The translations under genes and the position numbers were made by a program. Below the pieces are notes generated by a model. It saw only the letters and a program-made list of their open reading frames with translations. It searched no databases and had not been told where the DNA came from. Of a stretch of DNA of 64,000 nucleotides, positions 53,101 through 64,000 are shown piece after piece. This DNA is from Bugula neritina (Eukaryota; Animalia; Bryozoa): contig OZ037766.1 of NCBI GenBank assembly GCA_964035545.1, forward strand, positions 28,193,673 through 28,257,672. Direction: 5' to 3'. Numbering within the stretch: the stretch's first letter is position 1; each line of letters begins with the position of its first letter.

Positions 53101-56100
53101 TGGCATTCGAATCGCCCCAAAACAGAAAAAGAGATAATAGATGAGATCACAAGCAAGACCACTAGTGAGGTCGTGAAAAAGAGCATTCTAGAAGGAATTG
53201 GTAGGTGAAGACTGAGTTTGTGTAGTTATAGTACTAGGAAGTTGACTAGAAGCAAAGATTTTTTTTACCAAATCTTATAATCTGCCAAACAAATAAAATC
53301 TAAAAGTAGAGAGATAAAACCCATTTTTCTTTAAAGTAGGTACCCGCTACTGTGAGAATCCCTGTTCATTTATGTTGTTGCAAAAAAATATTGATTTAAA
53401 TACAAGCTATTATTTGCAAAAGGATATTTATTATTCAAAAACTGAAATAAATTGTAGATTACAAGTTTGTTCCAACTCATTCTAAAGAATTAGAAGAAAT
53501 TCAAAGAAAAAGGAGAGAATTTGAAGCTGAAATGGAGCGTCAAAGGAAGATTAGAGAGATCAAAGCTGGGATAAGACAGAATATTCATGTTGATCACAAT
53601 GAAGAAGATTTGGTGGGAGACTACAGCATGAGTGTCACAGATGATGGTGAGCTCACCTCGATTATCTGCTCCGTGGAGTTCAGTTTTATTATTGTTTATT
53701 TATTGATCTCTAGCTAGCTGGCAGGTTGGCTGAAAGGCTGGTTGTCTAGTTGGTTGAATCAACCAATACTGGCATATACGGTGCCCGGTAAAAATGGCAC
53801 AAATGGTAAAAATGGCACATTTTCAATATTAGGGTTGGGAATGGGGTCGGGGGTTTGGAATGGAGGGTTTGGGGATGGGGTTGGGGGTTTGGAATGGAGG
53901 GTTTGGGAATGGGTGTTTGGGAAAATATAACATCAGTGTGCCATTTTCACCTACTTTGCCATTTTTGCCATTATTACCAGTGCCATTTTTACCTGTGTCA
54001 ATTTTACAGGTGCCATTTTTACCTAAAATCAGCATATACATGTATTTAATGTATTGTATATGCAGGTCAGATAGATTTAGACACTATTGAGGAGCACGTA
54101 GATTTGGGCATCAATGAGAACGGCATCGCAGCCATAGCAGTGAAAGTTACGGCAGAGAGAATTCTTCCAGTTGACGTGGACAGAAACCTGTGGAGAAAGA
54201 GTTCTGTAACCGTCACCAGGACTATAGAGATTGACCTGATGAGATGTGAAGAAACCAGGAGACTCTATGAGAAAATACTCACAGGTAGTCAATAGCAATA
54301 TATCTTCAGATTCTGTAATCGCAACTAAAATATACAAATATTTTTTTGAGTTTGAAAAAACAAAAAAATGCAATAGCCAAATTTAAATTAGCTAGCTTTG
54401 GCATAAGTGAATATGCTTTTGCTCCTTTTTTAATAAAGCTACCGGTTTATTTGTCTTTAAATAAGTGTAGTTTATGTCTATACGGATTGGAATGCTACTT
54501 AATAGTGGCTGCTCAAAAAGCTTTAAATCATTGTTAGATTAATGTGAAACTAAAATCTATATATGAGGTTAGAAATTTCACATTTTTTGCCATATGTCAA
54601 GTTTAATTTTGACATTATTTCATTATTCTACATTTGAGAATGTAATATGTAATTTTATATACTACTTTGTTAGCTTCTAAATCTCGGCACCAGTCTCTGA
54701 AGAACGGTAGGTCAAACTCAAAGTCCCCACCTTACCCGCTTAGCACTTAGGCTTGGCTGTTTATTATAGCACTCTTAACCCAAGTCTTTGAAACTTTATT
54801 TTTAAACAATTCCTCAATTTTTTGTTGATTTACTAACACAAGCATGTAGTATATTGTTTCCTTTCAGGTTTCTGGTTGCAGGTAGCCTAATATGTAGACT
54901 GCACCTAGTGTTAGTATAAGTAATAAATATCTTTATGAAATACTATATTGCATTAGACTGATGGTTTGAACATGTATTATAAATTAATACAATATAGCTA
55001 TATAATTCTTAAAAGTCCTATAGCAAAACTTTTAAGTCATGCCATCTTTCCAAGTATATTTATTAGAAATTAAAATGCAAGAACTGTTTTCTTGGTTATT
55101 TTTTTGCTTCAAAACATGCTTTAATGCATTTGTTGTTGTTTTAACTAATACTTCTAATGCAACTTTATAACAATAAATAAAAACATTACATATAAATTGT
55201 AATACATATGATTACATTATAGTCTTATATTGGGATCTATAATAATTACAGTAATATAATACTAAATCATATTATTTTAAAACATATATTTACTTACTTT
55301 GCATTACATTATGCTATAATATTATATTGTATCATATTATATTATGTTATGTTATGTTATACTATGTTATACTAAACTGTAACATTACAACAAATTAGAG
55401 CATGTACAATGTCATAGCTATAACTTCAAGTGCTTAATGAGTTTATGTATTGGTTGCTACACGTTTCAAGTTTGTAGAAAGTATGTGTTCTACTATTAAT
55501 AGCACACAAGGCAGCATTAGCTGTGAGAGCTGAAGAGGCAGCAAGGGAAGGTCATCCTCCTCAACAGCACGTAGCTCATGAACTAGATGCTACGGACACC
55601 TACAAGATCTTCTCAGCCCTCATGAATGTTACCGGAGAAGGTGAAAATGAAGAGCTGGGAATTCTAGGTATTACACCTGCTCACTTAGTTTATTGGCTGT
55701 AATTCTTTGTAGACAAAGTTTTTCATGAATAGGCGGATTTTAGCATTTTTTTTATTACGATTGCCCTTACTTTACGATGCCAAGTGCTGCCACTAAACCT
55801 ATCTCTTGGCTATTCAGTTCAGAAGAAATTATTTTCTTCGAATGTTTCTCTCTTGCCTCAAGCATGCTAAGCACGTTACCTCGGTTAGTTTCAAGTTCAT
55901 ACACTGTCAATTGTGTAATTAATTTCATCACATGCAATGTATGATAATTTTATTGTTTGAGTATTTTTATTGCTTGTAATTTGATTTGTTATAATTTAAC
56001 AGGTGGTGAAGCTGCCAAGCATTTCCTGTCTGGAGATTATATCCGGGATCCAAGAGAAAAGGAAAAGGTTTTTGGAAAACCAGCTACTAAGAGCTCTGGT

Positions 56101-59100
56101 CAAAGTGCAACAGCTCACATGACTAGTGGGGGCACAGGCTACATGGCTAGTGGGAGCACAGGTCACATGGCTAGTGGGGGCACAGGTCACATGGCTAGTG
56201 GAAACACAGGTCACATGTCTAGTGGGAGCACAGGTCACATGGCTAGTATAGGCACAGGTCACATGACTAGTGGGGGCACAGGCTACATGACTAGTGGGAG
56301 CACAGGTCAAGTGAATCATGGCAAGCATGATCATGTGACCAAAACATCTTTTCAGAATACCTCTTCTCGCAGTGAGAATATATTTGACGGCCTAACATTG
56401 AATTCCTTAGACCCAGAAAGAATACGCAGGTAAAAATCTTAGTATTTACAATTACAGCATACTATCTTAAACCTGCAGAAAGAACTTTTATTTTCTCTTT
56501 GTTTAGATGTATTAGCAGGTATACAGAAAACAATAGTTGCTGAATTGAAAAATGCATGCTGACTATAATTAACTCAGTACATAAGAGAGCAACAAATGCA
56601 AGAGATGTTTAAAACAAGTTTTCACATTTTCATTTTCATTAATGCAGTTTATAATATAAGAGGTCATTGGTATATCGACATAAGTTAATAATTAGGCCTA
56701 TAACGGTCTAATCTGAATATGAAGTCATTTTATAAGATAACTGGAAATCATAAAATCACAGCAAACAGAAAAGTATTACACACCGAATAATATTGCATTG
56801 CATGAAAGCCACAAATCCCCGTGATTAAATTCTACAGTCACTTAATATGAAGATGTGCTGAAAGCATTTCTAATCTTCTGTTGTTAGCAATGAATTGAAA
56901 ATTTATAGTTTTATTTGCTTTTAAATTTATACCAGAGAATAAAATAGTTTAGCCAATTATATCAATAACTTTTTAGTCAAAGAAGCTCAGAATACTATAA
57001 GCAGAAAATGAGAGCTCCGTCACCCCCACCCGAGTTTGGTAGTTCTATGTTTGATGGACAAAGGCTAAATAAAAGGATTGAAGAAGACAGAGAGTATATG
57101 TATCATCAAATGGAAGGTGGAAGGTGAGCAAATGCTTCAGTGATTTCACTATTATTGCGGATATTTATGTTAGTCACAGCTATAGCTGGACTGCTGTTTG
57201 TGCAGCATGGCTCAAGCCAATTGCCAGTTGTATTTTACAATAATGTACATTTATTGTTAATACACATCTTGCTGCTTAGTTAAATGATATTTGCAGATTA
57301 TGAAATTAATTCTTGGAAAAACAGTTTTTAAAGAATATTATTGTTTAAAAAATATATTTTGGTTATGATAAAATAACTTGCCACTCTATAGTGGAATAAT
57401 GACTAGTAAAACTTTTGAAATGTATCTTTTTTGCTAATTGTCATGAATAGTTGCTATAATCGGTTTAAAACGGTAATTTTTCTCACTTCCTGTGTGATAT
57501 TATTTTACAGATCTCGATCTCCGTCACCTGTCAGAGAAATGACCTCTAATCAACGAGACTACTATGACAACAAGAGAAAGGCAGCACATGCGTAAGAGTG
57601 AAATGATAATTCTTTCAAATATAATCAGCATACAAGTTTATACCATAGAATTTTTGTGCCATGCTTTTGTGCAATGTACATTAAATTTATGTTTAAGTTT
57701 TATATCTAATATTTCCTTGAATGCTTATTTGTTACATTACAGCTAGTCATGTTTTTTACAATGCCAGTTATAACTTCGGTACGTAACTAGCTACAAGTAA
57801 TAATTTAGCTTCTCCTAGATTCAGTGGTAAATATTTGTCTTCATATTAGATATTTTGTACAGCAATAATAATTAAGTAATCACATACTGCACAATTAGTT
57901 TAGTGTCTGGTAGTGTAATAAATTACTGAGAGGTTTTCATTGAATATCACATCTTCTATTGGTGACTGACAGACTGATGGCGAGTCATCTATGCTGCCGC
58001 CCAGCCAGATCATGTTATGTAACATTATGCTGCCATAAAGCCAGACCATGTTACATCAGACTATATTTACAGGAGAAGTAGTCTGAAGGACCCTCGAAGT
58101 GAGATCATCAGAAGTCAGCATATTGACCTTTCACCTCCGCTATACTCAAGAAGTGTAGAAAGACATGAGAGAGAGTACAAGAGGAGCAACTCTCCGTCAA
58201 ATACAGATCACTACAAGTATGTTATGTTTCTGCTGATTTTATTCACAATATCTTTACTAATGAACTTTCTTCTCCTGATAGAAATGCTGCAGGTAAAAAT
58301 TTACAACAACATCTAAGCTGTTTTATGTCTCTTTTATAGGCGGGAGTTGAAGCCTCGTGGTCAGGAAGTGCTTTTCACGGAAAGAGTACACGGTGTAAAG
58401 CAGAAGGCAAATGACATGCGCCGTAGTGGTGGTAAGCTGCTGCCTAAAAAAACTCAAAGAAGCAAAAACTTACATAATATTGTTTATAATGCTTCATGCT
58501 AATACAGCTTATTATTTTAGCTCGGTTTTACAACTGAATTTTTTGTTTCATTGTTTTGTCATAACATTTTTACCACGTTTAGTATAATATGAGCTCTCAC
58601 AATAGTCGAAATGATTGGTAAAGGTTTGTCAAGCTCTCAGTTTTTCCCCTTTTAGATTTCAGCAGCAAAGAAAGTTTGTCATGTTCCCCTGAGAGACACC
58701 CGTACGGGGAGACAACCTACACAGAGACTACGGAATACCATGACGTGGCTCCTAGCAACCATTATAGTAGTCATAGTAACAGTCTTCATGTTGGAAATCT
58801 TGCTAACGACCAACATAGCACACATGACAACAGTCACTATGGTGGTCATGACAACAGTCGCTATGGCTCTCATGAAAGCAGTCGCTATGGTGGTCATGAA
58901 AGCAGTCGCTATGGTAGTCATGACAACAATCGCTATGGTAGTCATGACAACAGTCGCCATGGTGATCATGACAATGATCGCTTCGAGAGTAGCAAAAACA
59001 GATATGCTAGCAACTCATCTGCTGGAAGTGTGAGTTTTGTAATAAAAAGTTTGGTTATTGTTAGTGATCAAATGTGTTGCATATTGCGAGCATAAAGAGT

Positions 59101-62100
59101 AGTTGTTGAACATATTATATTTTTAAATACTATGTTGTAAGACTTATACTATTATTATTGAATTGGATTTATACGCTAAAAGTGTATACTAGTTTCGAAG
59201 AGGCCATTTTAAATAGAAATTTGTCACAGTGGAGAGTTTCTTGATGTAGTTTTTTCCGTTTTTAAAAATGTGCTTCCCTTAATTTTTACTTTTCCTTTAC
59301 TGATTCATTTGACTTTACCAGAAAATGCACAGGCAGCAGACAGCCTCTCATGAAGATCTTCTGTACGGAAGCACTGACTCTTATACTACAACCAATCAGG
59401 AGACCCGTTACAATGATACAGCCAATAACCATACACATAACAATGGGACTGCTATCCATGGATCATATGATCATGTAGATGTCCCTGTCAGACATCACTC
59501 AACTACAGATCAGAGACACGATAGAGACATCAATGAAGACCGTGAGAGGATGTTGGGAATGCGGCAACTTGATCACATAGATAAACAGCGCTATAAGGTA
59601 CTAGCCTACAGCATGTTTTTGTATCCTTGGATTGTAACATTTTTTAGTAGAATATTTTAACTAATTGAAGCGTTTACATAAACATATTTTAATGAATGTG
59701 ATTAGTTTCCAACAACTGCAACTTGGAATCACTACTCATTCATGAATGAAATCACGGGTATTTAAAACTCAAGAGTTTAGGTATGGCAAACAATTTCTAT
59801 TGTTCACAGCAATAAATTTTTTGTGTCAATGCTGTTCAATGTTCTTACTCTCTAAAACTCTCAGCTGTTTGAATGGTGAAAGTATTTCAAGATTTGCAGT
59901 ATTAGTAAGCTTTCCATCTCTGTGTTCAGGATAACTATGAGTCTGAATATTACTCAGACATGCCGACCTCATCTAGATCTGACAAACAGGGGATGACTAA
60001 CGTCAGTGAGATACTGGATGATGCAAAAAGATATTTCTCTAGATCAGAGAAAGAGCTGTCTAAGTGAGTCTCCTGTTACTATGAAGTCCCTTCCTATATG
60101 ATCAGTAGTTGTGTGTGCGTGCATGCGTGTGTGTGTGTTTGTAGTGTGTGTGTGCGTGTGAGTGTGCGCGTGTGCGTGCGTGCGTGTGTTTGCGCAAGCA
60201 CGCATGTGTGAATGTGTCTGTGTGTGTATTGTTATTAGTCAGCCATAATGATAGGGTGAAAGTCTAAAATTTTTAGTATGAATCAATACTTGTATCAAGG
60301 TCAATTAGATGTTTTATATCACATGATGTTTTACCACGTGTTGCACAACCTTTATATTCATAATATAATTTGATGTCTCGTTTCAGACTTCAAAACCGGC
60401 ATGACAGCTCATATCTCAGCCAACAGGGTAAGAGACAAACAAGCTCTTTCGATAATGTGCATGAAACCACAACTCCAATGAGCTCTACCGCTAGAAAAGT
60501 GCAATATGAGGATGAAGAGATCGAGAAAAGAATTCCTGTGTACAAATCAGAGCACCGCTCCCTTCGTGGGTCTGCTGACAATTTGACTGACGGCAATGAA
60601 GGGTTCATTCGGGTGAAACACAGGTATTGAGTAAAGACTATAGTCTGCCATTACTCATCCAATGCTCATCATTGATGCTTTTTTCTTCAAATTCAGTTTA
60701 TGCCTGCAGTTACCTTACTCAAAAAATTTCTTTTTTTTATTCATATTTTCACAAATAAAACAGATTTAAGCATATTAAAATTGTTAATTTTATTCCAATT
60801 TATCATTATTTTCAAAATTTCTACCTCTACATGAATTCAATTACGTAGTTATTTGCTTGTAATGTGATTTATTCATAGCCCTCATGACTCATCAGAAGCT
60901 CTGACTCATTCAGAACGTCGCATAGTTCACGATGCTGACCAGTTTATCCAAGCACCTGCTGAAGAGATCTTTGACACTGAAGACAGCTATTTCGATGGCA
61001 GCAATTCTCACTACAGAACTCAAGTAAGCAGGCAGCCATTTATTTAACAACTGCATGTCAACTTGACTTTTCCAATTTTCACATTTCTAATACTAATTGT
61101 ATGTAATGCTCATTTCTCAACTGTAGTATGACTTTAACCCTGAGTTTGACTTCTTTTTTCCTATTGGCTCAGCGTTTCTGCTTTTTGGTTTACTAAGGGT
61201 ATTGGAATAATGCCAACAACCCAGCTTTTATCTGTTGGAACCTGTATTTCTTAGCTTATGTGTGCTAATCTATGTTGTACCAGGGATCCGTTGACAATCG
61301 GCCTGGAAGATATCATAATAACAATGAGAGAATTTCATTGGATGATTACATGAGTGTCAAAGCACGCCGTGCTTTAATTCAACAGGTTTGATTCAAAATA
61401 ATATGTGGTAAAACAATAATTAATGTCTCGTATTGTATTTGCTTAAAAAGTGTTTTTATAAACGTCAATGTAAAAATGTTTATTGAAAAATTTCTCGGTA
61501 GAAAGTGTTTGCATGAAATTTAACGCTTCCCATTTAGTATCAAGGGATTCTAAGACTTTTTAGAGTATCTCTTTACATGAGAGCTGAGTTTAGAAATGAT
61601 TATCTAACATAAGCACCAGTTTTATTTAAGCAAATCTGATGAACCTTCACAGTGCCTTGATATAATGCATAGCATCTTTTTTCCTGAACTCTAATAGTTA
61701 TGATAAGATAAAACTCATTTTTAGAGCATGCCAACTCTTGCAATATACAATATATAATAAGTTACTTATTTCTATTGCTATGCGAGTATAATCGTTGGCA
61801 AAAGTTCTTTGAAATTATTCTTAATGCTATTTCACTACAACTTTAGTTGTAGGCTATGACTTCCAAATGAATGAGGACTATTTTTACCAAAACAATATAA
61901 TGGTAATTTTGTGATAACAGAAAATTCAGTATGTGAGATATGTCATATGTTAATGCTTTATAAGTGGAGAGGAAACCTTGTGAATCTCAAGAAAACATGA
62001 TTTTAAACTTTTGACAAGGTTTTTAAAAAGTGTGAAATAATATATTTTTATTTCAATAACTGTAAAATAATTGCCACTACCGAGATTCGAACCACAACCC

Positions 62101-62369
62101 TCCGTCTTGCAAGCAGGCGCGCTATTCAATTACACCACAGGGGTTTCGGGATTCCCAATAACAATAACACTGCTAAAATTTTATTATGTTTTCAATACAG
62201 CTCAATATATTTTTTCTAGGAAATGGAGGATAAAGGAATAGATGGAGCTAGAGTTCTTGCTAACCACAAACAAGCAATGTTGGGTGGTAGCAGTTATGTC
62301 CCAAAGACCACTCGTTCTCGTAGAGTGGTGACACAACGCCGATCTAGTGGTGGTAGAAGATACTATTGA
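23111..62369 (+). CDS. Giant uncharacterised, largely intrinsically disordered protein (long isoform about 3,148 aa, 51 coding exons)
   Basis: Phase-consistent GT-AG exon chain with no internal stop: 23111-23249, 23616-23686, 24240-24324, 24492-24550, 24726-24864, 25300-25369, 25787-25881, 27114-27977, 28297-28410, 28924-29489, 29878-30031, 30563-30676, 31529-31647, 32771-32860, 33163-33837, 34353-34447, 34721-34880, 35114-35219, 35915-36216, 36582-37054, 38028-38079, 42028-42180, 42456-42649, 43149-43290, 43694-43841, 44823-45001, 45586-45678, 46643-46852, 47199-47360, 48485-48661, 49777-49878, 51766-51855, 52051-52138, 52313-52324, 52961-53200, 53458-53646, 54066-54284, 54674-54706, 55503-55667, 56003-56429, 56977-57123, 57511-57591, 58073-58216, 58340-58431, 58656-59029, 59322-59597, 59930-60063, 60387-60623, 60879-61023, 61284-61385, 62220-62369 (ends ...SGGRRYY*). 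The start codon and the 38079-to-42028 join are the least certain parts; this could be two adjacent genes. Confidence 0.7.
28600..28743 (+). repeat. About 100-bp insertion flanked by a 22-bp direct repeat; copy of 30037-30134
   Basis: AAATTGCTTTGCTTGTCGATTG at 28600-28621 and 28722-28743. The enclosed sequence (ACAATTCTCTATGTTAGTAGTT...CATCATGTAACCTTTCAAT...TTAATTATTAAAA) matches the intron start at 30037-30134. Confidence 0.88.
37133..37343 (+). mobile_element. tRNA-derived SINE, copy 1
   Basis: A-box-like TGGTCTAGGAA and B-box-like GTTCAAACC, then a body GGCCATTGGTGAT...GCATCCAGTCATAATTGCTCCTGTGCC...CTATAAAC and a T-rich tail. Colinear with the inverted copy at 51363-51568. Confidence 0.85.
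39142..39207 (+). CDS. Candidate alternative first coding exon A (MVLLKYGLPLNDTGVSSSQYTR), splicing to 42028; isoform about 1,656 aa
   Basis: ATG-initiated 22-codon open segment ending at AGG|GTAGGT in phase 0, which matches the phase-0 acceptor at 42028. Confidence 0.55.
40095..40133 (+). CDS. Candidate alternative first coding exon B (MSGGSCRRRILSR), splicing to 42028; isoform about 1,647 aa
   Basis: ATG with A at -3 (ataATG), 13 CpG-containing codons, and a strong donor AGG|GTAAGC in phase 0. Confidence 0.55.
43842..43975 (+). repeat. Degenerate 16-bp-based tandem repeat starting at a splice donor
   Basis: Units related to GTAG(G/T)TGGTCCAGTTT; the first unit contains the donor GT at 43842. 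Confidence 0.8.
48690..48920. repeat. 25-bp minisatellite, about 9 copies
   Basis: Unit CTGCACACACTCTGCACTCTCACCT. Confidence 0.93.
49891..50960. repeat. 11-bp satellite array of about 1.07 kb (about 97 units)
   Basis: Unit CTCTCATATTA with C/T variants; it lies in the intron after exon 49777-49878. Confidence 0.97.
51363..51568 (-). mobile_element. tRNA-derived SINE, copy 2 (same family as 37133-37343)
   Basis: Reverse complement reads CAGTAGTGGTCTAGGGGTTAG...GGGTTCGAGCC...GGCCATTGGTGATGTTAAGAATAGTATCCAATCATATAATTGCTCTTGTGCCTCATCTGAA...CTATAAACTTGTGTGAG. Confidence 0.85.
51858..52015. repeat. Degenerate tandem repeat of about 21 bp filling a short intron
   Basis: Units related to TGTATAGTGTATATGTTTACC. 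Confidence 0.75.
53780..54031. mobile_element. Fold-back MITE (non-autonomous DNA transposon, possibly Mutator-like) with an 8-9 bp TSD
   Basis: GGTAAAAATGGCAC repeated at the left end, its complement GTGCCATTTTTACC repeated at the right end, and a G-rich GGGTT/GGGGTTTGG core. Flanked by GCATATAC at 53772-53779 and 54032-54039 (9 bp with one mismatch). Confidence 0.82.
56119..56310 (+). repeat. Coding 24-bp repeat: 8 copies of M(T/A/S)SG(G/S)TG(H/Y)
   Basis: In exon 56003-56429: MTSGGTGY MASGSTGH MASGGTGH MASGNTGH MSSGSTGH MASIGTGH MTSGGTGY MTSGSTGQ. Confidence 0.92.
58823..58990 (+). repeat. Coding 24-bp repeat: about 7 copies of H(D/E)(N/S)SRYG(G/S)
   Basis: In exon 58656-59029: HDNSHYGG HDNSRYGS HESSRYGG HESSRYGS HDNNRYGS HDNSRHGD HDNDRFES. 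Confidence 0.92.
60110..60227. repeat. (TG)n/(TGCG)n microsatellite
   Basis: Interrupted alternating purine-pyrimidine run in an intron. Confidence 0.9.
62072..62143 (-). pseudogene. tRNA-like sequence (tRNA pseudogene or head of a second SINE family)
   Basis: Minus strand CCCCTGTGGTGTAATTGAATAGCGCGCCTGCTTGCAAGACGGAGGGTTGTGGTTCGAATCTCGGTAGTGGCA has an A box (TGGTGTAATTG), a B box (GGTTCGAATC) and a TTGCAA loop, but the acceptor, anticodon and T stems pair poorly. Confidence 0.65.
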
Positions 62370-64000
62370 GCTCCAATAACCTTTTTATAGGGTAGCTGCT
62401 GTTGTTTATATTCACAGATTTTCTATCCATAAATTTTTGCTAATTCAACTTTTTATTAAAGCAAAAACTTTTCAAGGTCTTGAAATCTAACAATTTTTCA
62501 ACATTATAAAGCTTGAGATTTTACTCACTTTAGCTAAAATTAATCCCATGAACTGTTGGAAACCGGATACTTCATATAAAAGGGCCAATCTGTTCATATT
62601 ATGCTTTTCAATGAAATGTTTACATTTTTGACACCAACATTAAGAGAAATTAATAAGAATAAGATAAACAGCTTTTGTTTACTTCCATATACTAAATTAT
62701 GAAGGTATTGTCGCATTGTTTATAGCTTTATAATATTATACTTATTAGGCACTAGTGATATAAAATAATAATTTCAAATACATATAGGAGCCCACATAAT
62801 TTCAACTAAAATCAAGCTAATACTCCATCAAATGCTGTGTTCCAGTGTCGGGTTCTGTTGGCCTGTGATTTTTGTATTGATGTTAATTTTTTAACTTTGT
62901 TGTAAAAAAATAAAACTATCATTTTCCCTTAAAATAGTAAATGGAACCACGCTACTTCCTCTCCTTAAAATACTCATAATTTTATAGAAAGTAACAATTG
63001 CTATCAGATATTGAATTAATTTAGAGAGCTGTTTTATATTTTGAGCTGCCAAGATTTAGTGATGCAGTGGTAGTCTTTTCTATTGACAGTAAATATTTTG
63101 ATTACATTGTATCTAATCAATTTGAGCCACATTTGTCACATCTATACTCATGCATTCCAAGCTAATCTGTGGTTTATATATTTCAGTTCTATATTTTTAT
63201 TTGCTCTCAACTGGTGTGATTGCTTTTAATATTTAACTTCATGATATTATATTTATTTTTATATTACAGACTGGTATCATTTATTTTCAATCAAAATTAT
63301 AATCATTTATAGAAATAATAATTATAACAATGCTTTCCATACATATAGTTGTGCTCCCCTGTTTGTGCTGCTGTGTTTATTTTACTGTATTGTGTATTAT
63401 TTACATAGAGGTTGTCTATTATTATTCCTATCATATTGCTGTAATCTTGAGTTGCTACCTAGATTGCTGACTTTAAATATTATTTGCTAGAAATGTTTCG
63501 ATATGAAGCTATTAACTTCTTAAAGCTATAATAAAGATATTTATTTGCTAATGAGTATATAAGCAGTCATTCTCACATATAAAACAATTATTATTTATAA
63601 ACCATAATAGTACTTTCATAATTCTGTGTAATATCTTATAACAACTATTTGAGTAAAAACTTGACTGGATATTTAAATATTCCATTATTCTCAACAATCT
63701 ATTTATTCTACAGAGTATTGATTAGATATTAATAAACATACAATCTGTAGTACATTGTAGCATAATTCTAGCAATTGATACACTCTCTTTCAAGCATTCT
63801 ATATGCATAACATGGAGTTTTCAGTAGTTTTAGTCGTATTTTTAAATACATAATAGTATATCAGAATTTCAACAAAAGAGGCATTTAAATACATAAATAT
63901 TTACTCACTATAATAAAAACACCATTACTATATCATATTGTATTGTGTTGCATATTAGAAAGCTTCCTCTAAATTAAATATTTATAACTTATTTGAATGA

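Noticed and set aside
62072-62143. Functional tRNA-Ala(TGC) gene
   Set aside because: A and B boxes are present but the stems do not pair into a cloverleaf; listed as a pseudogene or SINE head instead.

Overview
AT-rich, intron-dense eukaryotic (invertebrate animal-like) genomic DNA; no prokaryotic features, CRISPR arrays or rRNA genes. I traced spliced gene models by hand using GT-AG sites and reading-phase continuity. (1) An RBM26/RBM27 orthologue on the minus strand (17 coding exons: PWI, RS-rich, CCCH, RRM1, coiled coil, RGG, RRM2), probably running off the left edge. (2) A divergent two-exon RNF7/RBX2 gene (102 aa). (3) A four-exon GPI-anchored Ly6/three-finger (quiver/sleepless-like) gene (146 aa) whose first intron holds a 1.7-kb internally deleted pogo-like DNA transposon with intact TIRs. 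(4) A ~39-kb plus-strand locus of 51 phase-consistent coding exons that can encode an unrecognised, mostly disordered protein of ~3,150 aa. It has two internal candidate first exons giving ~1,650-aa isoforms, microexons, coding octapeptide repeats and one likely folded module. The introns contain two copies of a tRNA-derived SINE, a fold-back MITE with a target-site duplication, a spacerless 220-bp palindrome, a locally templated insertion, and many minisatellites that start just after splice donors. The giant gene is the best candidate for something undescribed, but its function cannot be read from the sequence.
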